Shown piece by piece: positions 55,490 through 64,000 of a stretch of DNA of 64,000 nt. The DNA is from a virus (taxonomy: Duplodnaviria; Caudoviricetes), in the IMG/VR virus record IMGVR_UViG_3300042885_001472. One strand, given 5' to 3'. Positions within the stretch are counted from its first letter, which is position 1; every line of letters starts with the position of its first letter. The notes beneath the pieces are model-generated. The model searched no databases. It was not told the origin of the DNA and saw only the letters and a list, made by a program, of their open reading frames with translations. Both the position numbers and the translations under genes were made by a program.

Positions 55490-56891
55490 CAACTTCTTCA
55501 TTAACTATTAAAAATTTCATAGTATCCTTTAATACAGACACTTCTCTATTATTAACTAATTTAATATCTAAATAATATGTATTAGGTATCATCCAGGATG
55601 TATCTAACATAAAGAAATTGTGGTTAAACGCCTTATTAACGTTATCCCAATCAATCACAGTTACTTCAGCTGTACCCTCTTTAATGTATAACCTATAGTA
55701 TAACCCATTGATAATATCTGTTTGAGATATATCGTATGGTACTTTAGATGTTACCATTACTTTCCTAATATCCCCACGTAAAATTCTTTCATCTCGTTTA
55801 ATACCATAAATGGCGAATGAGTAGTTAATTGGAAGGTATTCGTTAGTACCTAAATTATACCAAGAATCATCATTAACTAAAGCGAATTCTAATTCAACAT
55901 CCGGTCTATTAATACCATTTATTGAAATATTTTTCCATACATCAGTGAATGTAACACAATCAGTATAACCACTGGATGGTACTATAGTTTTAACACAATA
56001 TACACCTTCCATCACTTGATTAACATCTGATGGTGATATGATAGTGAATAAATTATCATTATTATCGTATATCTCCACCGTAGGGACATTATCTAAGTTT
56101 GTTGGTCTATTACCTAGGTTAACATATAAACAAAGGTCGTTGACCTTATCTAAGTAAAATTTAGATCTATCATCGTTTATAATCCCATTATATTTAGTTT
56201 CAAGGAATGGTTCAAAATATGTTTGTGTCTGTTTAGTAAAAAACCCTACATAATTGTAATTTGGTGTTTGTAATAATTCAACATTAGAAGGAAAAGCTAA
56301 ACCAAAACCATAATTAATTGTAGTACCGGTAATCAAATCATTAATTGTACTAGTAATATCCATACATAAATTTTCATTACCAAAATCAAAATGTTGTGTT
56401 ACTATTGTTAACCCACTACTACTACCAGAATATACTCCAGGTATATTCCAATTATCTATACCTTGACTATAATACCAATTACTTGGGGTTATGTTATCCC
56501 CACCACAATCTGGTGAACAATTAACACAATTCTCACAATTATATGTGAATCCACAACCCTCATCCCAATCTTGTGGTATTGGGAATAGTATTAAATCAAA
56601 TGAACAAGCTCTTTGTTTTCCATCGGAAGTTTGTTTCCCAATTAGATCAGTATTTAACGCTGATGTATTAGTCATTTTAAGTGTGTGAACAACCTCACTT
56701 AAATTACCTAAATTCCCTAAACTATATTGTTCTTTTAATTTTTGAACATCAAAATACAATAAATGTCTACTAAATTTATTACTTTTACCCTCACCACCGT
56801 AAAATAATTCGGCCACAGGGTTTCTACCAGTGTTAATTTCACTACCACCAATGATAGTATTATCCTTTTCTATGTATGTCCTTATAATCAT
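55479..56891 (-). CDS. putative virion structural protein
   Basis: Beta-rich, SRHLLYF motif; minus-strand ATATTTAT at 56906-56913. Confidence 0.6.
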   Translation of the reverse strand: MIIRTYIEKDNTIIGGSEINTGRNPVAELFYGGEGKSNKFSRHLLYFDVQKLKEQYSLGNLGNLSEVVHTLKMTNTSALNTDLIGKQTSDGKQRACSFDLILFPIPQDWDEGCGFTYNCENCVNCSPDCGGDNITPSNWYYSQGIDNWNIPGVYSGSSSGLTIVTQHFDFGNENLCMDITSTINDLITGTTINYGFGLAFPSNVELLQTPNYNYVGFFTKQTQTYFEPFLETKYNGIINDDRSKFYLDKVNDLCLYVNLGNRPTNLDNVPTVEIYDNNDNLFTIISPSDVNQVMEGVYCVKTIVPSSGYTDCVTFTDVWKNISINGINRPDVELEFALVNDDSWYNLGTNEYLPINYSFAIYGIKRDERILRGDIRKVMVTSKVPYDISQTDIINGLYYRLYIKEGTAEVTVIDWDNVNKAFNHNFFMLDTSWMIPNTYYLDIKLVNNREVSVLKDTMKFLIVNEEVVSQ

Positions 56892-56923
56892 TACTAATTT
56901 ATTATATAAATATTAGTAATTAA

Positions 56924-57835
56924 TTAATTAGTCCTTACATTATTGTTTAAAATACTATTTAAATCAAAATTTAATAAGTTATTTAAATTTTCTTCCGGAT
57001 CTGACACCATCGCGTGATAAGGGTGAATATGTGTTGACGCGAAATTTTTAATTAATTGTAAAAAATCAACTAAAATGTCACCAAATGGTATGGGGTGTGT
57101 ATTCATATTGATATATGATTGATCTTTATTGGTAATCATATCTGTACGATTTGTTAAAACAAATTTACTGGATGTATTCCCCCTATGACTTAATAAATTA
57201 ATATAATTACTAACGACATTAATATTACTACCAATCGTATTACTATCCGGTGTGACATCAAGATCTTCGGTGGTTAGATAACGTAGTTGAATGTATGATG
57301 GGTCTTTACCGTTAAATTGTGTGGGTTTATTTGGTATAAACTTACCAGCTCTAAGTATTACCTCTTTATTTTTTAAAGTAATGTCAGTATTATTCCTACC
57401 TTGTATGGAAATAAACTCTTTACTAGGATAAATACCGGTAGCGTCAGCTTTAGCGTCAATACTGGTATCTAAAGCGATATAACCTGTTGGTAAATCTGAA
57501 AATGAACTGGTGTAATCACTACCCTTTAATACTTGTGGTTGTGGTATCCATGGTCCAATCCAAAATCTTGTCGCACTATTAGATGATTGGTTACCATTAG
57601 AAATAGCTGTAACTAATACGGTAACCCGTTCATTAATTTTGGGGTAAATATTTAAATACTTTGGTAATAATGGTAAAGCTATCGGTAATTCCTCATCTGG
57701 GATATTACCATCAATATCTAACCTAACTTTAATTTGACCAGTGTTATAATCATCTTTTAATGATACAACTCTACCATCAAACAATATTTGTGTTTTAAAA
57801 TTTCTTATAGAATTTTCACCAAGACCGTTTATCAT
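56924..57835 (-). CDS. baseplate hub/spike-like protein (gp5 N-terminal OB-fold-like)
   Basis: DDYNTGQIKVR..PLLP..YPKINERV..RFWIGP; C-terminal HIHPYH metal-binding tip motif. Confidence 0.7.
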   Translation of the reverse strand: MINGLGENSIRNFKTQILFDGRVVSLKDDYNTGQIKVRLDIDGNIPDEELPIALPLLPKYLNIYPKINERVTVLVTAISNGNQSSNSATRFWIGPWIPQPQVLKGSDYTSSFSDLPTGYIALDTSIDAKADATGIYPSKEFISIQGRNNTDITLKNKEVILRAGKFIPNKPTQFNGKDPSYIQLRYLTTEDLDVTPDSNTIGSNINVVSNYINLLSHRGNTSSKFVLTNRTDMITNKDQSYINMNTHPIPFGDILVDFLQLIKNFASTHIHPYHAMVSDPEENLNNLLNFDLNSILNNNVRTN

Positions 57836-58044
57836 TCAATACCTCTTTTTTTAAGTTCTTCTTTACCTTTGTTATAAACTTTTTCTAAAATTTCTAATTT
57901 ATCACAAATTTTTATTATTTCTTCTTTTAAGAAATCGTATTCTATTTTTATCTCCTTAATCTTAACATTAATACTAGTGTTAGATAAGTCATTAAAATCA
58001 TTATTGTATAATTCCATAACCTTGTGTATAATTTGTTGTAACAC
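57832..58044 (-). CDS. small coiled-coil protein
   Basis: ORF track. Confidence 0.6.
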   Translation of the reverse strand: MLQQIIHKVMELYNNDFNDLSNTSINVKIKEIKIEYDFLKEEIIKICDKLEILEKVYNKGKEELKKRGIE

Positions 58045-58393
58045 CCTGACTTATAACAGGACCACCGGCATTACCACCAACAGCTGTTATTGGTGTTCCA
58101 GCGGGAATTACTACCGTTATTTTAGCTTCACTTATTAACGCGTTTACAATTTCTTCAATTCGTACTCGTTCCATTTTCTCATCAACACTTTCAGCGCCAG
58201 ATGGTAAATTACCAATAGGAGCACCAGCTTCACTTTTTCTTGTGATAATTCTGGTTGTAATCATCCTAGCGTTCATACCAGGTCGTTGACCTCCACCCAC
58301 TAAAATTAATGGTGGTGGTATTGTTGGTACAATAGTAATACTTGTTTTCAACAACGCACCAATTACGTCTAATACTGATGTTAAATTTTTCAT
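58001..58393 (-). CDS. hypothetical protein, probably baseplate-associated
   Basis: Gly/Pro-rich beta C-terminus; in operon with the gp5-like gene. Confidence 0.55.
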   Translation of the reverse strand: MKNLTSVLDVIGALLKTSITIVPTIPPPLILVGGGQRPGMNARMITTRIITRKSEAGAPIGNLPSGAESVDEKMERVRIEEIVNALISEAKITVVIPAGTPITAVGGNAGGPVISQGVTTNYTQGYGIIQ

Positions 58394-59817
58394 ATCCCTA
58401 TACCTAAAGAAGCTATTTTATTTATCAATTCTATTTGATCAAATTTAGCTTTACCAGATAATCCGGCTAAACTAAGTTGATATTGTTTTTGTGTTTGTTT
58501 AAGATTTTTAGTGAAGTTACAAATTATCAATTCTTTTAACACATTGAATAAAAAAGATAATAATGTTTTTTGTATAGTATCAATAATAATCTTTTTAACC
58601 ATATCAAGATAAAACTTTAAATTAGTTTTAATGAATTCTTTTAAATCGTTAAAGTTTAATGTATTATAAGCCAACTTCAAATAGATACAAAATATTAATA
58701 TCATAGCTGGCCCTGCGATTGATTTTAAAATAACTAAAACTAACCCTTTAATTAAATTTAAGAAAAATGTTAACTCACCAAGTTTTTTATTTTCATCACC
58801 AACATTTTCAGTTGATTCATCAGCTAATATTTTTAAATGTTTTGTTAGTATAGTTTTTCTTTCACCTGAAGTAGTAGCGCCACTAAGAGAAACTAATAAA
58901 TCTTGAATAGAACTAAGGTTAACTTTAGATGGGGCGTATTCACATTCTTTTAAAATAACAGTCCCATTCTGTAACTCTAAAGCTCTTTCTTCTATTTTAA
59001 AACGTTCTTCATTTGAAAACTCTATGAATGTATTATCTAACTCAACTTGAGTATCATCATAATTTGATAAAATTTTATTCATTAATGTTTCAAATTCAGC
59101 ATCTTGTTTTAATGTAATGAAATTTTTTCCAGCCACACTTGATATTGTACCGAACACAGTGTTAATAATATTTGGGACTGTATTTGCTTCCGGTAAAAAT
59201 CTTATTGAATCAATAAATTTATTTAAAAATGTGAATACACTTTTATTAGTATACGATGGATCTATTTTAATATTAATTACATCATTTTTTACCTCACCAT
59301 CAACAATACCTGTTGGTGAATAAGTCACAATTAATAAATTTTTCCAATTATTTGGTGTACCTAATTCTACCGTATCACTTAAAAAATAATTAAAATCTTT
59401 ATTTGGATCACCGAATAAAATTGATCCTTCAACGGAATCCGGATTAACCTTAAGTATGTTGAAAAAATCAATTCTACTTAAATCAACATCAATACCAGTA
59501 GTGATTAAATCCATTGGTATTGTTGGACTAATACTACAAGAAAAAACTTCTTTAATTAAAGTTTTTAATACTTTTTTAATAGCTAATTCAAACCCCTCCA
59601 TTTCATAACTTAACATATTAATTAACTTATCTTTTAAAGCTTCTAAACCAACTACACTCTTAATTAAATCCATTAAAAAAGCGATAACATCTAAAAGTTT
59701 ATTTATTGATGGTAATGAATTGGATAATTTTAAATTAGGGAATCCATCACAACTAGCTTTAAAGGCCAATATCTCCTGTACAACTTTTAGTTTACCTTTT
59801 ACCGCGTCTTTTTTCAT
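58390..59817 (-). CDS. hypothetical protein
   Basis: 475-aa ORF with hydrophobic C-terminal helices. Confidence 0.7.
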   Translation of the reverse strand: MKKDAVKGKLKVVQEILAFKASCDGFPNLKLSNSLPSINKLLDVIAFLMDLIKSVVGLEALKDKLINMLSYEMEGFELAIKKVLKTLIKEVFSCSISPTIPMDLITTGIDVDLSRIDFFNILKVNPDSVEGSILFGDPNKDFNYFLSDTVELGTPNNWKNLLIVTYSPTGIVDGEVKNDVINIKIDPSYTNKSVFTFLNKFIDSIRFLPEANTVPNIINTVFGTISSVAGKNFITLKQDAEFETLMNKILSNYDDTQVELDNTFIEFSNEERFKIEERALELQNGTVILKECEYAPSKVNLSSIQDLLVSLSGATTSGERKTILTKHLKILADESTENVGDENKKLGELTFFLNLIKGLVLVILKSIAGPAMILIFCIYLKLAYNTLNFNDLKEFIKTNLKFYLDMVKKIIIDTIQKTLLSFLFNVLKELIICNFTKNLKQTQKQYQLSLAGLSGKAKFDQIELINKIASLGIGI

Positions 59818-59821
59818 GGGT

Positions 59822-60205
59822 TTATTCTAATTCAAAATCAACATCTTTTTTTATTTTTTGTTCCTTCATCATATCTCTAAGTAATTTTTTATCATCATCT
59901 GTTAAAGCTTTTGGTGAATTAACTTTTTCTTCACTTTGATTATTATTCATTAATATTTGAGCCTGTAATTTAGCCAATGTTAATTTTTTATCAATAGCTG
60001 AGTCAATAATTTTCAAAGATTCATTATTCACTTTACCAAGTTGATACATATCATTTGAATCTTCAATTTTGAGTTGAGTTTTTCGTTCAGTAATATCCCC
60101 TTGGGCTTTTCTTTGTACGGAGACACAGTCATTATAAATTTCCTGCATCAAACCAGACATACTATCTACATCTAATTTTATTTTGGTTTTTTTAGGTCTT
60201 GGCAT
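59822..60205 (-). CDS. hypothetical late protein
   Basis: Minus-strand ATATTTAT at 60222-60229. Confidence 0.7.
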   Translation of the reverse strand: MPRPKKTKIKLDVDSMSGLMQEIYNDCVSVQRKAQGDITERKTQLKIEDSNDMYQLGKVNNESLKIIDSAIDKKLTLAKLQAQILMNNNQSEEKVNSPKALTDDDKKLLRDMMKEQKIKKDVDFELE

Positions 60206-60241
60206 ATCATTTCTATTTATAATAAATATATAATTAATGAT

Positions 60242-60973
60242 TTATAATAAACCTTTTTCTAATCTATCGTTTTTTATGAATTTATATAACTCTTTATATT
60301 TTTTCATAGCTATTCTGATATCTTTCGTATTCAATAATGTATATTCCCGGATATGTGATAAAATACGATTTTTATTGAATTTAGAACTACCTGAGATGTT
60401 ATCATCCAGTATGTTTTCCCAACTATTCAATAATTCAAGTAAGGCTTCCCCCACTTTTATCTCATTTTCAGACATCTTCTTATCACCATTAATCCTACCT
60501 CTAATTTTATTAGATATTTCCTTAAAAAATTCCTCAATACTACCATTAGGGTTATCTATAGTATAACTATAACTTTCATTCTCATCTATATTAGTATGTA
60601 AATCTTCATAGGATGAAAATTGTCGAATATCTTTATCATACTTAATAATTTTACCTAATAAATAGTTTTTAACGATAGTTCCATAGTAAGAATAAGCTTT
60701 CTTATTCTCACCTGGATCAAATTTATCGAATTTAGTCATTAAGAAAGATAAGGTATCACTATGTAAATCCTCAAAAGACATATCTTTTGAATATAATTTA
60801 TATCTTCTGATAATACTTTCAATCATCGTATTTAATGGTTTCCTTAAATAGGAATCATAAATCTTTGATTTTTTAACCTGATCTGTTTCTTCTATGAATT
60901 TAACTACCGCTTTTTCTTGTTCAACACCAAAATATGGAGTTCCAGAAGATACTTTTTTTTGGGGTTCTAACAT
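60242..60973 (-). CDS. sigma-factor-like protein (gp55-type late sigma candidate)
   Basis: Sigma region-2-like EDL..KFDKFDP..KAYSYYGTIVKNYL. Confidence 0.65.
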   Translation of the reverse strand: MLEPQKKVSSGTPYFGVEQEKAVVKFIEETDQVKKSKIYDSYLRKPLNTMIESIIRRYKLYSKDMSFEDLHSDTLSFLMTKFDKFDPGENKKAYSYYGTIVKNYLLGKIIKYDKDIRQFSSYEDLHTNIDENESYSYTIDNPNGSIEEFFKEISNKIRGRINGDKKMSENEIKVGEALLELLNSWENILDDNISGSSKFNKNRILSHIREYTLLNTKDIRIAMKKYKELYKFIKNDRLEKGLL

Positions 60974-60982
60974 CTTTCACCA

Positions 60983-61774
60983 TTAAATTAGGGGACTATA
61001 TGTTATGTTTCTATCTTGATTAAAGAAATATTCTTTTTTGGCTAAATTCATCCAAAATCTGGCTTCATCTGGGTTAATAAAATCTTTATAACCTTTAAAT
61101 AATGAACCATCTCTTTGGTTAGTATGTTTATAACCTAATTTAGGAATAACCATAGTGCCACAACTATTATGTGTCATTCTTAATAAGAATTCATAAATAA
61201 AACTTAATTTCATTGAAGCTTTATAACCACCACATTCTTTATATTTTTCTGTTTTAATAACCATACCACTAGTATTGAAATTAGGGTAAGCTTGAATTGT
61301 ATTCTCATCTAAGAAACCAATTTCTTCAGAGAAATCTTTAGCCCAAACCGGTTCATTGGTGAAGGATAAGAAATTACCATTAGGATCTGTCTCAACAACT
61401 AACGGTAAGAAAAGATCATTATTAGGATAAGCTCCAATGTATTCTTGGACATTCTTAAACCAAATTTTAGAATATTCATCATCAGCTTCTAAAACACTGA
61501 AAAATTCAGTATCAATATTTTCAACACCAAAATTAACTTGTGATGCGAAATCTTCTTTACCAGTTGTATTTTCAACAACTTTAACCATATCTTTAATAGT
61601 TCCAAAATCAATAGATTCTATTTGAGTTTTTAACTCTTCATTTGGTGTTCTAACAATTAATACCATGTCAGGTTTTACAACCTGATTTTCTACACTCTTA
61701 ATTGCGTTTTTTAACCAATTAACCAAATTATTTTCGGTTGTATGGATTGGGATTATTACACTTACTTTACTCAT
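60983..61774 (-). CDS. glycosyltransferase family 2
   Basis: KVSVIIP, SVENQ, EADD (DxD-like). Confidence 0.8.
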   Translation of the reverse strand: MSKVSVIIPIHTTENNLVNWLKNAIKSVENQVVKPDMVLIVRTPNEELKTQIESIDFGTIKDMVKVVENTTGKEDFASQVNFGVENIDTEFFSVLEADDEYSKIWFKNVQEYIGAYPNNDLFLPLVVETDPNGNFLSFTNEPVWAKDFSEEIGFLDENTIQAYPNFNTSGMVIKTEKYKECGGYKASMKLSFIYEFLLRMTHNSCGTMVIPKLGYKHTNQRDGSLFKGYKDFINPDEARFWMNLAKKEYFFNQDRNITYSPLI

Positions 61775-61775
61775 C

Positions 61776-62870
61776 TTAGTTTACGTTTGTTACATTATTA
61801 TTTGTCATTAATGAAATTAGTTCCATTTTTCTTTTTTGAATTAAATTACCATAGGTGGCTTCAATACCTTTAACTTGTTCTTCAGTTGTATATTTACCTT
61901 CAATAGAAGCGTCAATTTTTTCATACAATTCAGCTGGGATATTATCTTCTAACCATAATCTAATATATGTTGCGATTAGGTCTGAAATCTTTAAGAAGTC
62001 ATTTGTCCAAATACCATTATCTTTAATAACTAAATTATTTTCACCATCATTTTCTTCCATCCATTCTGGTAACATATTAGGTATTTTACCAATAACTGGT
62101 ACACCACATTTCATAGATTCAATTGGGAAAGTACCAAATGAAGAAATATCGTCAACCCATACAGAAACACAAGATTCTGATAATGTCTTAGCGAAATTCT
62201 TTTTAGGGATTCCTCTTAAATCTCTAAATGTAACCCATTTAAATAAAGGATTTTTTAAGTAAAAAGTTTTAACAATTTTTAACATATCCTCTTGTTTACG
62301 AGTACTAATCGCAACAATTGGTTTTTGTGGTTTACTTGATTTAGCGAAATATTCTGGGATACTCACCGGGACTACATCAATATTCATTGATGGGAATAAA
62401 GACGCGATATATGATTTTTGTTTTTCAGTTGTAGTAATAACATCTGTAATACCATAATCACTCCAACTAGAACCTAAGTTAAGTATTTCTAAAATATAGT
62501 CATAACATTGTGACAATACAATTCGTTTACAAGGCATCTTAGATGTTTGTTCCATCATATTAGCGAAAATTTCTGGTATGATTAAAAAATCAGCTGGTGA
62601 AACTTTTAATTCTTGTGATTCAATTGAGATGTGTGGTAATGACGCGTATTCTTCACCTAACCAAGTACCTACACTTGAATATTCATTTTTTTCATGTAAG
62701 ATATAAGATTTATATCCTAAATCATTTAATACTTTAGCGTGTTCATAAACATTCGCTACCCATCCAACTGGATTATTTTTTGTGTCCATTACAAAAAAGT
62801 AAAAACCGAAGTTTTTATCGTCTAACTTTTTTAAGTTTTCTTGTGCTTGTTGATTTACTGTGTTTTCCAT
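61776..62870 (-). CDS. glycosyltransferase, GT-B fold
   Basis: LIIPEIF; FGTFPIESMKCGVPVIG nucleotide-sugar binding motif. Confidence 0.75.
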   Translation of the reverse strand: MENTVNQQAQENLKKLDDKNFGFYFFVMDTKNNPVGWVANVYEHAKVLNDLGYKSYILHEKNEYSSVGTWLGEEYASLPHISIESQELKVSPADFLIIPEIFANMMEQTSKMPCKRIVLSQCYDYILEILNLGSSWSDYGITDVITTTEKQKSYIASLFPSMNIDVVPVSIPEYFAKSSKPQKPIVAISTRKQEDMLKIVKTFYLKNPLFKWVTFRDLRGIPKKNFAKTLSESCVSVWVDDISSFGTFPIESMKCGVPVIGKIPNMLPEWMEENDGENNLVIKDNGIWTNDFLKISDLIATYIRLWLEDNIPAELYEKIDASIEGKYTTEEQVKGIEATYGNLIQKRKMELISLMTNNNVTNVN

Positions 62871-62890
62871 ATTATTATTTATTTTTATTA

Positions 62891-63301
62891 TTATTCTTCT
62901 TCTTGTAATATATCGTATTTTAATAATGTATTAAAAGCGATTTTAAATGGTATTGTTGTGTTATTATTTAAACCCGCTAATCCTAACTTATCATCAATTT
63001 CAGTGTGAGTATTCATAATAGTTTCAATCATCATCCTTAACACTTCCCATTTAGAAATGTCCACTTGGATACTTGAACCCGTGTCTGGTAAGAATAACAT
63101 ATCCTCACCCATTAGTATTTCTGGTTCTACAACCTTTTTACTTTTACTCTTTTTTACAGGAACCGGTGGTGGTAAGACTTCCATCATAGGTATCTCATTT
63201 TCGATTGGATCAATTCTAATCACTTCAATAATTGAAGCCATATTGACGTAAAATACATTACCACCAAACTCTAAATATGGTTTATCTTTCTTTCTATTCA
63301 T
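62891..63301 (-). CDS. hypothetical protein
   Basis: ORF track. Confidence 0.65.
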   Translation of the reverse strand: MNRKKDKPYLEFGGNVFYVNMASIIEVIRIDPIENEIPMMEVLPPPVPVKKSKSKKVVEPEILMGEDMLFLPDTGSSIQVDISKWEVLRMMIETIMNTHTEIDDKLGLAGLNNNTTIPFKIAFNTLLKYDILQEEE

Positions 63302-63893
63302 CTATATCGGTATATTCTATTGTTATACTTGTTGTTAATTTTTCAATAAGATTTTGATCAATAATATCTTTAATTTTTTCAATACTATAATCAGATTTAA
63401 TTTCAGTATTATATTGACAATCCACTTTAATACTTACTTTATCATTTGGTTTTGAATTTAATACACTTGGGTTGGCTGTAATAATGATATCACTTTCAGA
63501 CCACATATCACTTGGTTTTGAAACAAATCTAATACGATCTACTTTACAACCAGTTTTACTTAAGAAAAATAGTGTGGCTGGTTTACTATTACCCATTTCA
63601 ACGCTAACGATTTCTAATTTATGACCTAAGTCTTTAATGGTATCATTTAAATTATTTAAATGAGAAATGGTATTAACTCTTAATTCATCCGCGTGACCAA
63701 ATATTTCTAAAGACGCTTCATCATATAAAAAACTTTCTATTGTTTCACCATCTTCTTCAAAAATAAAATAACGTTCTAATTCTAAACTATCTATTGGTTC
63801 AATAGGATCTAGTTCTGTATATTTAGTATACGTTTTTTTAAGTTTATTTAAGAAATCCCTTAAGACTTCATTTATATCTACTGAAATTGTCAT
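63294..63893 (-). CDS. HAD-superfamily 5'(3')-deoxyribonucleotidase-like protein
   Basis: ISVDINEVLRDF HAD motif I variant; K..TLFFL. Confidence 0.65.
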   Translation of the reverse strand: MTISVDINEVLRDFLNKLKKTYTKYTELDPIEPIDSLELERYFIFEEDGETIESFLYDEASLEIFGHADELRVNTISHLNNLNDTIKDLGHKLEIVSVEMGNSKPATLFFLSKTGCKVDRIRFVSKPSDMWSESDIIITANPSVLNSKPNDKVSIKVDCQYNTEIKSDYSIEKIKDIIDQNLIEKLTTSITIEYTDIDE

Positions 63894-64000
63894 AAATAAT
63901 TTTATGAAATAATCTGTTATTGTAAATGGTAAATAATTATTTTTTTACATTATTATTTTTAACTTCTTCTAATCCGTCAAAAATATCTTCTATAATTTTA

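Noticed and set aside
4143-63251. Opposite-strand or off-frame ORFs nested in real genes (e.g. 4143..4349, 4474..4692, 5871..6308, 6713..7120, 14754..15017, 17726..18037, 47889..48209, 48885..49271, 51644..52309, 60237..60566, 61855..62262)
   Set aside because: Shadow ORFs of well-supported genes, with Phe/Ser/Ile-rich antisense composition and no motifs or expression signals.
1-64000. Genome-wide TAG recoding (as in some crAss-like and Lak phages)
   Set aside because: Long conserved genes are intact in code 11, and TAG ends several genes cleanly (capsid, 2791..3162, 37025..38725, 39982..41199).
1-64000. tRNA, rRNA or other structured RNA genes
   Set aside because: No cloverleaf, T-loop or rRNA-like segments seen in the intergenic regions by eye; tRNAscan-SE or Infernal would be needed to exclude them fully.

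Overview
This window is part of a large, AT-rich, T4-like (myovirus-type) phage genome read in standard code 11. The host is probably Bacteroidota, judging by TTTG-N19-TAnnTTTG promoters, lipoproteins with D(S/T)x sequons, a T9SS-type cargo protein and A-rich starts without Shine-Dalgarno sites. Layout: a ClpP gene and a G/C-tract non-coding island (0.7-2.4 kb); a block of late genes whose products mostly share N-terminal leader peptides (kinase-like protein, lysozyme, LRR protein and others; 2.4-18 kb); a ClpC ATPase gene broken into three ORFs by two related, atypically split inteins at both Walker A motifs, with a Vsr-like endonuclease in the second gap (18.3-23.5 kb); a dense array of small early genes around an RNA ligase, a cyclic-phosphate receiver domain and thyA, with a GIY-YIG endonuclease (23.6-36 kb); and a head module (terminase, intein-containing portal, holin, prohead protease, scaffold, major capsid) followed by baseplate-type genes, a gp55-like sigma factor and glycosyltransferases. 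The top candidates for novelty are the doubly fractured ClpC with possible combinatorial trans-splicing, the leader-peptide/late-promoter cargo system, and the gene array whose members repeat the thyA start sequence. All product calls come from motif recognition by eye; no database searches were run.
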